A stretch of 64,000 nt of DNA, from positions 1,382-65,381 of the forward strand of contig NZ_DVEH01000027.1 in the NCBI RefSeq assembly GCF_015295825.1, in the 5' to 3' direction. Below, one piece after another: positions 47,782 to 58,006 of this stretch. Each line of letters begins with the position of its first letter. The stretch's first letter is position 1. Made by a program: the position numbers and the translations under genes. The notes below the pieces were generated by a model that saw only the letters and a program-made list of their open reading frames with translations, was not told the DNA's origin and ran no database searches. The DNA comes from Thermosynechococcus sp. M98_K2018_005. GTDB taxonomy: Bacteria; Cyanobacteriota; Cyanobacteriia; Thermosynechococcales; Thermosynechococcaceae.

Positions 47782-50063
47782 ACCAAGCCATCGTTTTGAG
47801 GAGCGTTGGCCCTCAGGGAGCCATCGGCCTGCCAGCGCACTTCTCCTACTTCTCCAACCACAAAATAGGGAATTTGTTTCTGCTTTAGGTAGCTGGCGAT
47901 CGCGGGCTCAAGGGCGTTGCGACTAAGAATGACACTGCGCGGCTTGACAATCTCAAAGAGGCGTGGTGTTAATTTGCGCCCCCACCACCAGAGAACTTGC
48001 GGTGGCTCCACGGGCGTCACGGCCAGCCAATCGGTTTGAGCGGCATCGCGACTCGGATCACTGACAAAGAGCCACTGGGTATTGCCCATCTCCAAGGTCA
48101 AGATAGCTGGATCCGCCCGCAGGACAGTAATTTTCACCTGACCCAGTTGAACGGGTTGCCGCAGAGGTAGCGATTGATGGGGCACCTTGAGGGTGGTCAA
48201 CATTTCCCGGTAGGCAGGATCACTCTTGGCCGTTGGCACATCCGTAAACTGGCGAATTGGGGTGATCCCATGAATGTCGCGCCAGCCCTGTTGTTGACGG
48301 TACTGGCGATCGCTGGCCACCGCCCAATCAATGCGGTTAATGCCCTCTTGAGCCAAGAAAGCCGTTAGCCCTTGGGAATCCCCCCCATTAATGACGACTG
48401 TCCCCGCTGGTTGCTGAATCACCAGTGTCGGAACCTGTGTATTGGCAAGAACCGTAGCTTGAAAGAGGGTGTTTTGGCGCAGAATAAAGGGCACTAGAAC
48501 AAGAGTGACACCAAGGGTAAACAGCAAAAACCAGCGGCGCCGCCAGCGAGGACTCAGCCACACAAGGACGATCAGGCCATAGAGAACAACAACTTGGAAC
48601 CAACCCAAACTGCCGAGGGCGATCGTTGCCCCCGGCCACTGACCGATGGTTTGAATCAGCCACAGGAGGAAGGCTGTGGGGTAGTAGAGGAGCCAAGCAA
48701 GAGCCGAGCCCACAGGCGGAATGAGGAGGCCGACCATTGCACTGATGAAGCCGCCAACCGTCAAGAAAACCAGGGGCAAATTGGCAACGACATTGGCCAG
48801 CAGACCATACACCGGAAAAATACCGAAGATTGCTAAAGAGAGGGGAAGTACCCAAAGGGTGGCGGCGAGGGGCACCGCAACAAGGTTACGCAGGGGCGCT
48901 GGCAACCAATCGAGGCGATCGCTAATCGGTTGAGCACTGACAATTAGACCCAATGTCGCTAGGAAGCTTAACTGGAAGCCAATGTCCTCAATCCACAGGG
49001 GATTGTAGATCAGCATGGCAGTGGCGATCGCCAGCAGAATCACGAGGGGTTGTCCCTTTTGGCCATTCACTAAAGCCACTAACCCCGCCAAACCCATCAA
49101 CACAGCGCGAATTGCTGAGGGGGCAAACCCACTCAAACAGGCAAAGAGCACCAAGACCCCAGCCCCCAAACCATAGCGCCACTGCTGCGGCAACAAACGC
49201 GCCACCGCCAAGACAACCGCTAACAGAATCGCCGTATGAAACCCCGACGCCGCCAAGGCATGGGATAGCCCCACCCGCCGAAAGCTGTCGCGCACCTCAA
49301 AGGGAATGGCTACCGCGCGGTTCCCTAACACCATTGCCGAGACCACAGCACCATAGCGATCGCCCAACCCTTGGGCATGGACTTGGACAATTCGCTGCCG
49401 CAGTGCCCACAGCCCCCAGGGCGATCCCCGATCCAAAATCGTGACCTTATTGCCTGCTAAGCCGGCAAAGGTATGCTGCAACTGAAGTTGCTGCCGAAAG
49501 TTAAAGGCACGAAAAAACTCACTGCCCCCCCCACGAGGCAGATAGAGCCGCCCCGAAATCTGGATCCGTTGGCTGGGATGTAGCTTTGCCCCTTCCTCGG
49601 CTGGCAGCGTCACATAGAGGCGGCCACTGGCTCTCCCTTGCAGCACCCCACTTTGGGCAGATACCTGACTGAGATTTTGATAGCGCTCCACTCCTAGGAA
49701 AAAGCGTAGTCGCCCAGCGCGATTAGGTAGTGGTGTGGTTTCAACACGCCCCTCGACGAGCACCGTTGGCGGTAGATTCAACGCCCCAAGACGCGGCACT
49801 AACCTGCTGATGTCATTCACCCCCGGCTGGGGCGTGCGCAGCCACACATAGGCCACTGCCAAGAGGGCAACCCCGCTGGCGATCGCAAAACTTTGACTCG
49901 AAGGCAGGTGCAGCCGAATCTTGCCGCCCCAACGACGCCCCCCATAGAGGATTCCCCCCACGACCAAGACCCCCAGCCACCCCCACTGAAAAAGACTGAA
50001 AATGCACCCCGTAATAAAGGCGATCGCCCAGAGAATTCCATCCGCCTTGGTAACGCTGAACAT
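47778..50063 (-). CDS. comEC: DNA internalization-related competence protein ComEC/Rec2
   Basis: 761 aa. It has a large polytopic competence domain and a C-terminal metallo-beta-lactamase-like region. Confidence 0.8.
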   Translation of the reverse strand: MFSVTKADGILWAIAFITGCIFSLFQWGWLGVLVVGGILYGGRRWGGKIRLHLPSSQSFAIASGVALLAVAYVWLRTPQPGVNDISRLVPRLGALNLPPTVLVEGRVETTPLPNRAGRLRFFLGVERYQNLSQVSAQSGVLQGRASGRLYVTLPAEEGAKLHPSQRIQISGRLYLPRGGGSEFFRAFNFRQQLQLQHTFAGLAGNKVTILDRGSPWGLWALRQRIVQVHAQGLGDRYGAVVSAMVLGNRAVAIPFEVRDSFRRVGLSHALAASGFHTAILLAVVLAVARLLPQQWRYGLGAGVLVLFACLSGFAPSAIRAVLMGLAGLVALVNGQKGQPLVILLAIATAMLIYNPLWIEDIGFQLSFLATLGLIVSAQPISDRLDWLPAPLRNLVAVPLAATLWVLPLSLAIFGIFPVYGLLANVVANLPLVFLTVGGFISAMVGLLIPPVGSALAWLLYYPTAFLLWLIQTIGQWPGATIALGSLGWFQVVVLYGLIVLVWLSPRWRRRWFLLFTLGVTLVLVPFILRQNTLFQATVLANTQVPTLVIQQPAGTVVINGGDSQGLTAFLAQEGINRIDWAVASDRQYRQQQGWRDIHGITPIRQFTDVPTAKSDPAYREMLTTLKVPHQSLPLRQPVQLGQVKITVLRADPAILTLEMGNTQWLFVSDPSRDAAQTDWLAVTPVEPPQVLWWWGRKLTPRLFEIVKPRSVILSRNALEPAIASYLKQKQIPYFVVGEVGEVRWQADGSLRANAPQNDGLV

Positions 50064-50165
50064 GGCCTTGTTGGGGTTGGCGTCCAGTGAAGAGACTGAG
50101 AAAAAAACTTTAAGACGGCACCATGCTATAGGATAAAGGGCTTTAGAACCAACTCAAATTTTAAC

Positions 50166-50501
50166 CTACGTCATGCCAACACTAAGGGGCACCCGCGTCT
50201 TTTTTTCGGCGTCAATGGTCACCTCTTTAGGACGGCAGCGCACGACACTAACCTCAAGTCCCTCTGCGCCCTCAGCCTTCAAATCCTCAATGTAGCCATC
50301 CTTCTCTTTTTCCGCCTCCATGAGCGTCAGAAAAGGGCCAAAGTAGTAGGTGCAGGGGGGGGTTTTCGTTTCTATCTTGACCCACCATGCCAGACCCATT
50401 CCATTGACGAGATCGGCGAGCCAGCTTGTAAAACCTGTATTATTATCTCTAAACATTGACAGTATTCCTCCGAGACTTGCCAAATTGCCCCAACCAATCA
50501 A
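50166..50501 (-). CDS. DUF1816 domain protein
   Basis: LAWWVKIETKTPPCTYYFGPFLTLMEAEKEKDGYIEDL matches the recalled DUF1816 core. A likely true start is ATG 50456 (MFRDNN). Confidence 0.6.
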   Translation of the reverse strand: MIGWGNLASLGGILSMFRDNNTGFTSWLADLVNGMGLAWWVKIETKTPPCTYYFGPFLTLMEAEKEKDGYIEDLKAEGAEGLEVSVVRCRPKEVTIDAEKKTRVPLSVGMT

Positions 50502-50631
50502 TACATCTTTTGGTTTGCTCTCTATTTGTGTATAGCCGATCCCCCCCTAAATGTGTATGGCGAAACTTCCAAACCATCAATTGTCATATTTATTTACATC
50601 AAGACTTCCCACGAGGATTAAGATCGCTGAT

Positions 50632-51321
50632 TCAAGCCTGACGCTGAAGGTAAACGCAGTGGCGCTGGGCATGGCTCAAGGGGGTCGTGAATGCCTGAAG
50701 ATCCAGTCGTTGACTGCGGTACCGCGGCAAGAGGGTCTCTAAATGCTGGGTATCCTCGTTGCTCCATTGGCCTCGGTACAGGACTAAAACGCCCCCCGAT
50801 CGCAATAGGGGCAAGCCATAGGCACAACAACGAGCGACATCACCGACGGCTCGAATCAAGGCCAAATCATACCGGCGCTCATGGGCTTCTGCCCGTCCCC
50901 ATTGCGGGTGAATGTTGGCTAAACCAACGGTTGAAGGGAGAGAGTGCAAAAACTTGACTTTCTTTTGGGTTGCTTCAAGGAGCGTCACTGACCAATCGGG
51001 GCGGGCGATCGCCACCGGTACCCCCGGAAAACCACCGCCACTGCCAATATCAATGACCTGTTGAATCTTGGTGCCTCCCAGCGTGCCCCCAGTAGGCTGA
51101 AGCCAGGGCAAAATCCCCCGCAATGAATCCCAGAGGTGCTTCTCCCAAAACTCAGTGACTGCCGTAATCCGCGTCAAGTTGATCCCTTGGTTGGCTGCGA
51201 GGATTGCCCCATAGAAGCGTTCGAACTGTTCCTGCTGTTGGGGTGTGGGTTGCCACTGGAGTGTCTCCTGCCAAGGGAATTGCTCAAGCAATAACGGACT
51301 AGGACTCGCCATCACCACCAC
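50632..51321 (-). CDS. rsmG: 16S rRNA (guanine527-N7)-methyltransferase
   Basis: GidB motifs HLWDSL and VIDIGSGGGFPGVPVAI. Confidence 0.9.
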   Translation of the reverse strand: MVVMASPSPLLLEQFPWQETLQWQPTPQQQEQFERFYGAILAANQGINLTRITAVTEFWEKHLWDSLRGILPWLQPTGGTLGGTKIQQVIDIGSGGGFPGVPVAIARPDWSVTLLEATQKKVKFLHSLPSTVGLANIHPQWGRAEAHERRYDLALIRAVGDVARCCAYGLPLLRSGGVLVLYRGQWSNEDTQHLETLLPRYRSQRLDLQAFTTPLSHAQRHCVYLQRQA

Positions 51322-51670
51322 TGGGCAACTCTTTCTTTGCCGTTAGCACCTCCCACGCAGCCTTGAGTCGCTCCTCAAAATCCTTGACATGGCTGGAGAC
51401 AGTATCAGCATTCGACTTCAGCTCTGCGATCGCTGTTTCAAGGGCTTTTTGGACATCCGCCGGTAGGGCTTTGAGTTGAGCAGTTGCAAACCGTTGCAGC
51501 GCGGCAATGAGAGCTTTTGCCGCTTCGGTGACTTCTTCTGGACTGACGGCTTCTGTTTCAGGTTCGGGCGTCGGGGACTCTGGTGGTTCGGTGACCTCTT
51601 CTGGACTGACGGCTTCTGTTTCAGGTTCGGGCGTCGGAGACTCTGGTGGCGAAACTTGTTTTTCGGACAT
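51299..51670 (-). CDS. Hypothetical protein with duplicated acidic P/E/T-rich N-terminal module
   Basis: PPESPTPEPETEAVSPEEVTE occurs twice in tandem, followed by a helical C-terminal half. The 3' end overlaps rsmG. Confidence 0.55.
   Translation of the reverse strand: MSEKQVSPPESPTPEPETEAVSPEEVTEPPESPTPEPETEAVSPEEVTEAAKALIAALQRFATAQLKALPADVQKALETAIAELKSNADTVSSHVKDFEERLKAAWEVLTAKKELPSGGDGES
51524..51649. repeat. Two tandem 63-nt repeats (61/63 identical)
   Basis: Unit 51524-51586 versus unit 51587-51649. The only differences are t/c at 51533/51596 and one g/a in cggGgac versus cggAgac. Confidence 0.9.
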
Positions 51671-51804
51671 AGGGCAATGCTCCCAAGTGAGTACTCAACA
51701 ACCTTAGCAATTATTTTGTGTTGTGCGCCCCAGAAAAGGGGTGTACCCCTACCTTAGCAGATGCCTCTTTAGAGTGCTCTAACCCCCCAAAGATTAAAGT
51801 CAAG

Positions 51805-51824
51805 CCCCGCCCCGTTGGGCAGGG
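51805..51824 (-). terminator. Possible intrinsic terminator after the porin gene
   Basis: The minus-strand RNA reads ccctgccc-AACG-ggggcggg-like, an 8-bp stem with one G-U pair. It is followed by cuugacuuuaaucuuu and lies 14 nt after the stop. Confidence 0.3.
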
Positions 51825-51837
51825 AAGATGCAATACG

Positions 51838-53589
51838 CTAGAAGCTAAAGGTTGTCCGTACCACGCCGAGGACGATTGGGGCATTATTACTATTGCTGTT
51901 GGGGTTGACCAAAGCAATGACCCCCGGTGTGATCGAGAGATTCCGCGAAATGGGAATGCGGTATAACCCCTCAATGTGGTAGGAGTTAAACGTCGCGTTG
52001 GGGGCACCTATCACATTGCGGACGCTAATGGTCTGTGGGGGTTGGCCGACAATCAAACCCAGAACATCGCCCTTGCGCCAGATGTCCGGTACCGCAAAAG
52101 TGGCTGCCCAGTTCAAAACCTCCGCTTCTGGCCGGGATCCAATGAAGTTTTGCCCTTGATAGACATTGGAGTAGCCGACCCAACCGGCGATATTGAACTT
52201 CGGAATCGGGCGATAGGTAAACTGAAAGCCAAAGTTATCAGCTGCTGCGTTGGCATTACTACCAATTGGGTTATCAGCGGATCCGGCAAAACCATTGCTT
52301 CCGGTGCCGCCGGCAACACTGGTACCAAAGGAGCGCACGTAGGTCAATCCGAGGGCTAAGTTCTTCACCGGTCGCCAATCCAATTGAGCAAGGGCTGCAT
52401 AGGCTCCCCCGATCAAACCATTGGTATTCGGGGTGTTACGGTTGGGATTGTTGGCATTCGGTGCTTGATAGCCAAGATTGAGGATGAGGCTCGTGCCTTG
52501 CTCTTTATTTTCGAGGAGTGTGTAACGCAGGGTTAGACCGGCACTGTTACCGCCACCGAAGCGATAGAGGGGGTTAAAGCGACCAAACCGGCTAATGGCT
52601 CCCGTTTCATCGGACTGCAAGAGGGGGTTAAAGGTGAAGACATTCTTATCAAAGTTCCCTGCTGCGGCGTCAAAGGCAAGGAACAGGCGGTTGGTCAGAG
52701 GGGTGCGGTAGTAGAGGTCATCAATGGCGAATTGGCCTCCAGTGTTGGTGTCGTAGCTGAGGCGTGCCATGTTGGTACCGGTAACGGTTCCGTAGTTAGG
52801 CATATTGGCCGCCTGAATGCGCACCCGCAGGACATCTTTGCCATAGAAACTGGTGTCGAAGTTCAGCCGAGCGCGGTAGGTGGCAACGGGATTATCTTCG
52901 ATGGTTGGCCCACGACCAGGAGCCGTAACGGCTCGGGTGCCCGTGAGGACATCGGACACACTAAAAATTGCTGAAGCGCGTAGTTTAGTAGTGGTGGAAA
53001 ATTGGGTCGCCTCAAGGTTGGCAACGCGGCCTTCCAGATTCGTTACCCGTCCCTTGATCACGTCTAATTCCCTACTAAACTCCTCCGCTAGCCGCTGAAG
53101 GGTGGCCAAATCTTCCTTGCTCGCAAAGCGATCGCTAATCACATCGAGGCAGGCATTTAAAGCCGCAGCCATTTCAAAACGTGTCGCTGCTCGGTTGCCG
53201 CGAAAGGTGCCATCGGGATAACCGGCAATACAGCCATATTTCTCCACCAGTGACGCCAAGGCTTGATAGGCCCAGTCCGTGGGGCGCACATCCGAGAGTT
53301 GATTCACCGAGGTCACTTGCGGCATTGTCCGCTGCATTCCCAAAGACGGCTCGGGGGCAGGGAGTCGGGGAGCTTGAGCCTCTAAGTCTGCCACCGCTGG
53401 CATTTGTGCCACTGGCAAGGGTGATGTTACTGAATGAGTGGCTTGTTGCAACTCATCATCAAGAAACTCAAAAGCATCCACATTGCTCGTAGGGGGTCTA
53501 TCTTGCAATTGATTTGCAGCTAGCGCCGCTGACATTCCCCAAGCAGAAGCCAAAGCCAGCCCCAGCCAGACCGCGATCGATCTCGCCAT
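51838..53589 (-). CDS. Outer-membrane porin with N-terminal SLH domain (OprB-like cyanobacterial porin)
   Basis: It has a signal peptide, the SLH motif (DVRPTDWAYQALASLVEKYGCIAGYPDGTFRGNRAATRFEMAAAL), a coiled-coil linker, and a beta-barrel ending in ...TTFSF. Confidence 0.9.
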   Translation of the reverse strand: MARSIAVWLGLALASAWGMSAALAANQLQDRPPTSNVDAFEFLDDELQQATHSVTSPLPVAQMPAVADLEAQAPRLPAPEPSLGMQRTMPQVTSVNQLSDVRPTDWAYQALASLVEKYGCIAGYPDGTFRGNRAATRFEMAAALNACLDVISDRFASKEDLATLQRLAEEFSRELDVIKGRVTNLEGRVANLEATQFSTTTKLRASAIFSVSDVLTGTRAVTAPGRGPTIEDNPVATYRARLNFDTSFYGKDVLRVRIQAANMPNYGTVTGTNMARLSYDTNTGGQFAIDDLYYRTPLTNRLFLAFDAAAGNFDKNVFTFNPLLQSDETGAISRFGRFNPLYRFGGGNSAGLTLRYTLLENKEQGTSLILNLGYQAPNANNPNRNTPNTNGLIGGAYAALAQLDWRPVKNLALGLTYVRSFGTSVAGGTGSNGFAGSADNPIGSNANAAADNFGFQFTYRPIPKFNIAGWVGYSNVYQGQNFIGSRPEAEVLNWAATFAVPDIWRKGDVLGLIVGQPPQTISVRNVIGAPNATFNSYHIEGLYRIPISRNLSITPGVIALVNPNSNSNNAPIVLGVVRTTFSF

Positions 53590-53884
53590 TATTCACTCCT
53601 TAATAATGATCAAAGTATCTGCAAGCCTCGATTTATAGGATATTCAAGGGCAATCGGGCGATCGTGAACAGGTAACCATCACCTGCCCCCTAGGAAAGTC
53701 AGGAGTGGATTCGCAATAAGTTCATTGAGGCTGCACAGAGAAAAACGGTTTCTTTGCTTTCTTTAGCTTGAACTACTTGCAAATAAAAGTCAACTACTTC
53801 TTGCAAATTTCTCTAAGCCAGTTCCAACGCTGCCGCACGCAAATCTTGATATGCTTTTTAGCAATTCCCTTGATCGTTGCTGCC

Positions 53885-54634
53885 ATGTCCTACTCGCTCC
53901 GTGTTGCTGATCTGCCCGTCGGCGATCGCCCGCGTGAAAAGCTGCTCAGCCAAGGTGCGCGCTATCTAAGTTCAGCAGAACTGTTGGCGATTTTACTGGG
54001 CACCGGTCAAGGGGCTGGTAAACTCTCAGCCGTCGGCCTAGGACAATTCATCCTCAAACAGTTGGGGGAGCGCAGTGGTGACAGTAGCGATGCTGTCAGC
54101 GTTTTACGCGACATTACCCCAGAGGAATTGATGGCCATCCCCGGTGTTGGCCCCGCCAAAGCCACGACAATTCTGGCTGCTGTGGAACTGGGGAAGCGGG
54201 TCTTTCAGTCACGGCCGGGGGAGCAAACAATTATTGACAATCCAGCCCTTGCTGCTGCTGTCCTCAGTACCGATCTCATGTGGCAACCGACGGAACGCTT
54301 TGCCGTTCTCTTGCTGGATGTGCGCCATCGCCTGTTGGGGTCTCATGTCATTACGGTGGGAACCGCCACAGAAACCCTTGCCCATCCCCGCGAAATTTTC
54401 CGTGAAGCGGTGCGCCGCAATGCAAGCCGCCTGATCATTGCCCACAACCATCCCTCAGGCAATCTCTCTCCCAGTCAAGCGGATCTGGACTTAACCAAAC
54501 AAATTCTGCAAGCGGGACAGCTTATGGGGATTCCAGTGCTGGATCATTTGATTCTTGGCAATGGCGATTACCAAAGTCTGCGGGAGATCACCCCCCTCTG
54601 GCAAGACGTGCCCCAAGGTGATGGTAGTGCCTAA
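53885..54634 (+). CDS. radC: RadC-family JAB/MPN domain protein
   Basis: PRE(K)LL N-terminus, an HhH region ([21 protein letters not shown]), and the JAMM motif HNHPSG...PSQAD. ATG 53885 is preferred over the track start at 53768. Confidence 0.9.
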   Translation: MSYSLRVADLPVGDRPREKLLSQGARYLSSAELLAILLGTGQGAGKLSAVGLGQFILKQLGERSGDSSDAVSVLRDITPEELMAIPGVGPAKATTILAAVELGKRVFQSRPGEQTIIDNPALAAAVLSTDLMWQPTERFAVLLLDVRHRLLGSHVITVGTATETLAHPREIFREAVRRNASRLIIAHNHPSGNLSPSQADLDLTKQILQAGQLMGIPVLDHLILGNGDYQSLREITPLWQDVPQGDGSA

Positions 54635-55539
54635 TCCTCGTCGGGTTCATTTTCCAGCAGCGCTTTTGCCTCTAGGAGTTGCTGCTTGTGGACTTCACTG
54701 ACAATTGGGTAGTGCAGGTTGAGACTCGCCAACTTTTGATAAATGAAGTGAGCTACCATGAGGCGGGCAAACCACTTGCGATTGGCGGGAATAATGTGCC
54801 ACGGTGCCCATTCGGTACTGGTGTAGCGAAAGACATCGGCATAGGCGTCTCGATAGTCGTCCCAGTGGGCGCGATCGCGCACGTCATCAATGGAAAATTT
54901 CCAGTTTTTTTCTGGGCGACTTATGCGCTCCAAAAAGCGTTTTTTCTGCTCTGCTTTGGAGATATTCAGGAAAAACTTGAGGATGAGAATACCATTGCGG
55001 GTTAAGTAACGTTCGTAGTGATTGATGTCCTCAAAGCGCTCTTGCCAGATGTGCTTGGTCTTGGTTTCGGGGGGAAGTTGCTGGCGATTGAGCAAATCGG
55101 GGTGTACCCGCACCACGAGAACTTCTTCGTAATAGGAGCGATTAAAAATACCAATACAGCCTCGCGCCGGCAATGCCCGATTCGCTCGCCACAAAAAGTC
55201 ATGATCCAACTCCTCGGCACTGGGTGCCTTAAAGCTATAGACCTGACAGCCTTGGGGGTTAATGCCACTCATGACGTGTTTGATCGTGCTGTCTTTGCCC
55301 GCTGCATCCATCGCTTGGAAGATAATCAGCAGCGCATAGATATTCTGGGCATAGAGAACATCTTGGTAGGCGGCTAGCTTCTTAATCCCAGCGGCAAGGA
55401 GTTCTTGGGCTTCGACTTTGCTTTTGAGGCCAGCGGTATCCGCAGGATCATAGTCCTTCCAGTGAAATTTCTCCCCCACAGGAACAATGTAGCGATCGGG
55501 GTTAATTTGGTCGAGAAAGTCTTGGGGAATCATGCTCAA
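54631..55539 (-). CDS. Polyphosphate kinase 2 family protein (polyphosphate:nucleotide phosphotransferase)
   Basis: PPK2 Walker A-like motif [16 protein letters not shown], with [14 protein letters not shown] and the lid region. Confidence 0.9.
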   Translation of the reverse strand: MSMIPQDFLDQINPDRYIVPVGEKFHWKDYDPADTAGLKSKVEAQELLAAGIKKLAAYQDVLYAQNIYALLIIFQAMDAAGKDSTIKHVMSGINPQGCQVYSFKAPSAEELDHDFLWRANRALPARGCIGIFNRSYYEEVLVVRVHPDLLNRQQLPPETKTKHIWQERFEDINHYERYLTRNGILILKFFLNISKAEQKKRFLERISRPEKNWKFSIDDVRDRAHWDDYRDAYADVFRYTSTEWAPWHIIPANRKWFARLMVAHFIYQKLASLNLHYPIVSEVHKQQLLEAKALLENEPDED

Positions 55540-55736
55540 GAGGGGGTGCGGCAGAACTGTATCCTAGCCTACATTCTCTCGTTGCAGAAAAATCGAAATA
55601 TCCCACTGTCGCGGCTATCTTTAACAAATTGTATAAGTCACAGGCAAAACAGAATTCTCTTTGTATGCTGTATCAGTAGGCGAGCGATCGCCCTCCATCG
55701 AATCATTTCCTGTCGTTTGCGTTTTGGACAGCCACC

Positions 55737-56156
55737 GTGGCTCCGATTAAACCTCACAAACTGGATCTCGATGCAAGTTACCCCTGCCCCTGTCGTCGCC
55801 AAGGGGAGTTGGTGCCGATCGCCCTGACGGAAGCCTTTGGCTGTCGGCGCTGTCAGCAAATTTTTGTTGTTCGTCCCGATGGCTTTTCCATTGAGCAGTT
55901 GGCCACCACCTATCCCTACAAGCGAGCGTGGTATTGGACAGGATGGCAGTGGAATCAGTTGCAGCGGGGCTTCTCAGAAAGCCATTGGTATTTTGCGATT
56001 GGCCTGAGCTTTTTTTTATTGATGCCTATTCTCCTCTGGCTGCCCTTACTTCTACAATTGTCCTTAAAACCTGAAGGGTTACTATGGATTATTGCCTCCC
56101 TGTTGATTGCACTGACACCAGCATTTTTAGTCTGGATTGTCCTGTCCCGTCGTTGA
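55737..56156 (+). CDS. Hypothetical protein with N-terminal zinc-ribbon and two C-terminal TM helices
   Basis: CPCRRQG-x14-CRRC followed by hydrophobic segments. GTG start. Confidence 0.5.
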   Translation: MAPIKPHKLDLDASYPCPCRRQGELVPIALTEAFGCRRCQQIFVVRPDGFSIEQLATTYPYKRAWYWTGWQWNQLQRGFSESHWYFAIGLSFFLLMPILLWLPLLLQLSLKPEGLLWIIASLLIALTPAFLVWIVLSRR

Positions 56157-56169
56157 ATGCGCTGCGGCC

Positions 56170-57345
56170 ATGTTGCCTGAGCCGCTAAGGGAGGCGCGGG
56201 TCGCCAGTACACACCTCAGCCAAGTTAGCTATGCCCTCCGTCAGAACGTTCTTAAGCGATTGATTGAGGAGCTAGCAACAGCAGAACCCCTCCTATTGGA
56301 GCAAAATACCCTCGATCTTGAATCCAGCCGCGATCTAGCAGTGTCTCAGATTGTTCTTGGCTGGCTGCGGCTGACCCACGAGCGCTTGCACCGTATTCGC
56401 CAGTGGCTCGAGCACCTCTACCATGCCCCAGATCCATGGCAGCAACCATTGCCAACGCGACCCGATCGGTTTCAGTATGCCGTTCCCCTAGGGGTAGTGG
56501 CCTTGGTTTATGAAGGGCTACCCACTTTAAGTTTGATGCTGGCGGGCATGGCTCTCAAAACAGGAAATGCCCTTGTGCTCTGGAGTGGTGAAAGTAGCCG
56601 CTATACTGCTGGGGCGATCGCGAGTCTCATCGAGGCCGTCCTCAGTAAAACCAGTCTGCCCAAAGCCGCCATTCAAACCCTCTCCTTGAGTCCAGCCAGT
56701 TGGCTTGCAGATCCCACCGCCGTTGATTTAGCCCTTGCCTATGGCCGCTCCCGCTTTGTGGCCGAGCAGCGCGCTGCTGCTCGCTGTCCCTTCGTCGCTC
56801 TTTCCCTTGGTAATACCTATCTTGTTTGGGATGGCTCAGTATCGCCAGAGAGTGTCCTCAACTGTATTCAGCACAGCCACCAAGCCAATCCCGATCGCGC
56901 CCTTGCCATTGAAAAGGTGATTGTGCTCGGTAATGTCAATCCCTCCCATCTCGCATTCGTCATCAATGAACTCACTCAAGCGGGCTACAAGCAGGGGGTG
57001 GATGAGCACTTACACCGCAACTATCCCGAAATTCCCCTTGTGGACGCCAGTGAGTGGCCACTCCCCTATCTGGATCAACGCTTAGCATGGCACTACGAAG
57101 AGGATCTCACCGCTGCAGTGCATTGGATTCACCAGTATGGCAGCGCCGCCAGTGGGATTATTGCCAGCAGCTACGAAGACTGCCGTGCCTTTTATCAGCA
57201 GGTGCAAACGCCCCTTATCTTTGTCAATCGCCCCCCCCAACTAGAGCGCTTGGATGCCTTGGCCCTTGGTGTGGCTGCAAGGGGTTTCCAGCGGGGACTC
57301 TTTGGCCTTGCGCAGTTACTGAGCATGAAGCAGGTCTATTTGTAG
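56170..57345 (+). CDS. Gamma-glutamyl phosphate reductase (ProA)-like protein, apparently lacking the catalytic cysteine
   Basis: Aldehyde-dehydrogenase/ProA-like order of motifs. By-eye alignment places DRALAIEKVIV where ProA has STCNTVETLLV (Cys to Ala), and YGSAASGIIAS where ProA has HGTQHSDAILT. ATG 56170 is preferred. Confidence 0.65.
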   Translation: MLPEPLREARVASTHLSQVSYALRQNVLKRLIEELATAEPLLLEQNTLDLESSRDLAVSQIVLGWLRLTHERLHRIRQWLEHLYHAPDPWQQPLPTRPDRFQYAVPLGVVALVYEGLPTLSLMLAGMALKTGNALVLWSGESSRYTAGAIASLIEAVLSKTSLPKAAIQTLSLSPASWLADPTAVDLALAYGRSRFVAEQRAAARCPFVALSLGNTYLVWDGSVSPESVLNCIQHSHQANPDRALAIEKVIVLGNVNPSHLAFVINELTQAGYKQGVDEHLHRNYPEIPLVDASEWPLPYLDQRLAWHYEEDLTAAVHWIHQYGSAASGIIASSYEDCRAFYQQVQTPLIFVNRPPQLERLDALALGVAARGFQRGLFGLAQLLSMKQVYL

Positions 57346-57352
57346 TGAAGTT

Positions 57353-57934
57353 TTAGCTGGAACTGACAGGGACAGGCGTGAGCCAGTCGCCACTGCCATT
57401 GGTTTCCACTTCCGTGAGCCAGCGCTGGTAATCGGCGACAAGGTGTTGACTGAGGCGCTGTTTAATCGTTAACAGAACACTCTTGAGTAAGCCATTGCCG
57501 GTGGCTTCGAGAATCGGGCGCGGTGTCAGATCCAAAGGCGGCGGAATATCTACCCCCACCTGCAAGTCAGCTAGACCAATCAAATCCGTACCGTTCGCCG
57601 TCGCTTGGGGAGACAAGTAACCTTCGAGGGCGAGGCGAAAGCGGCGATTGATGTAGTCGACTCCGCGAATTTCACAGCCGAGGGAGCGCAATTGTAAAGA
57701 GCCATCGCTATTGGCATGAACAGCCAAATCCACAGTGGGCTGCAAGCTGACCATGAGAAAGTTGAGGGGACGCATCTTGAGGCGAAAGCAATCGCTGCCC
57801 AAAAATTCCACTCGGGTTGGATCAGTAAGGGCATAGACAAGCCGCCGGGGTTGACGCAGGTAGTGCTGCAAGGGAGCCGTGGGTGTTTCAATACTGAGGC
57901 GGACAGATTGGCTGGCCTTAAATTCTAAGTACAT
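57353..57934 (-). CDS. DUF1997 family protein
   Basis: 193-aa ORF. The N-terminal pattern F.A...V.L.V.......YL..P.RLV is recalled from DUF1997. Confidence 0.6.
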   Translation of the reverse strand: MYLEFKASQSVRLSIETPTAPLQHYLRQPRRLVYALTDPTRVEFLGSDCFRLKMRPLNFLMVSLQPTVDLAVHANSDGSLQLRSLGCEIRGVDYINRRFRLALEGYLSPQATANGTDLIGLADLQVGVDIPPPLDLTPRPILEATGNGLLKSVLLTIKQRLSQHLVADYQRWLTEVETNGSGDWLTPVPVSSS

Positions 57935-58006
57935 GGCACACCTAGCGAACGTTGCTTCTAATGTAACGAATTATTAAGAAGATTGGTAAACGGTAAACCG
58001 AACTCG

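Noticed and set aside
48388-49444. 155-aa and 163-aa ORFs within the comEC region.
   Set aside because: These are alternate or antisense frames of the 761-aa ComEC ORF. Their Pro/Arg/Ser-rich translations are characteristic of off-frame reading.
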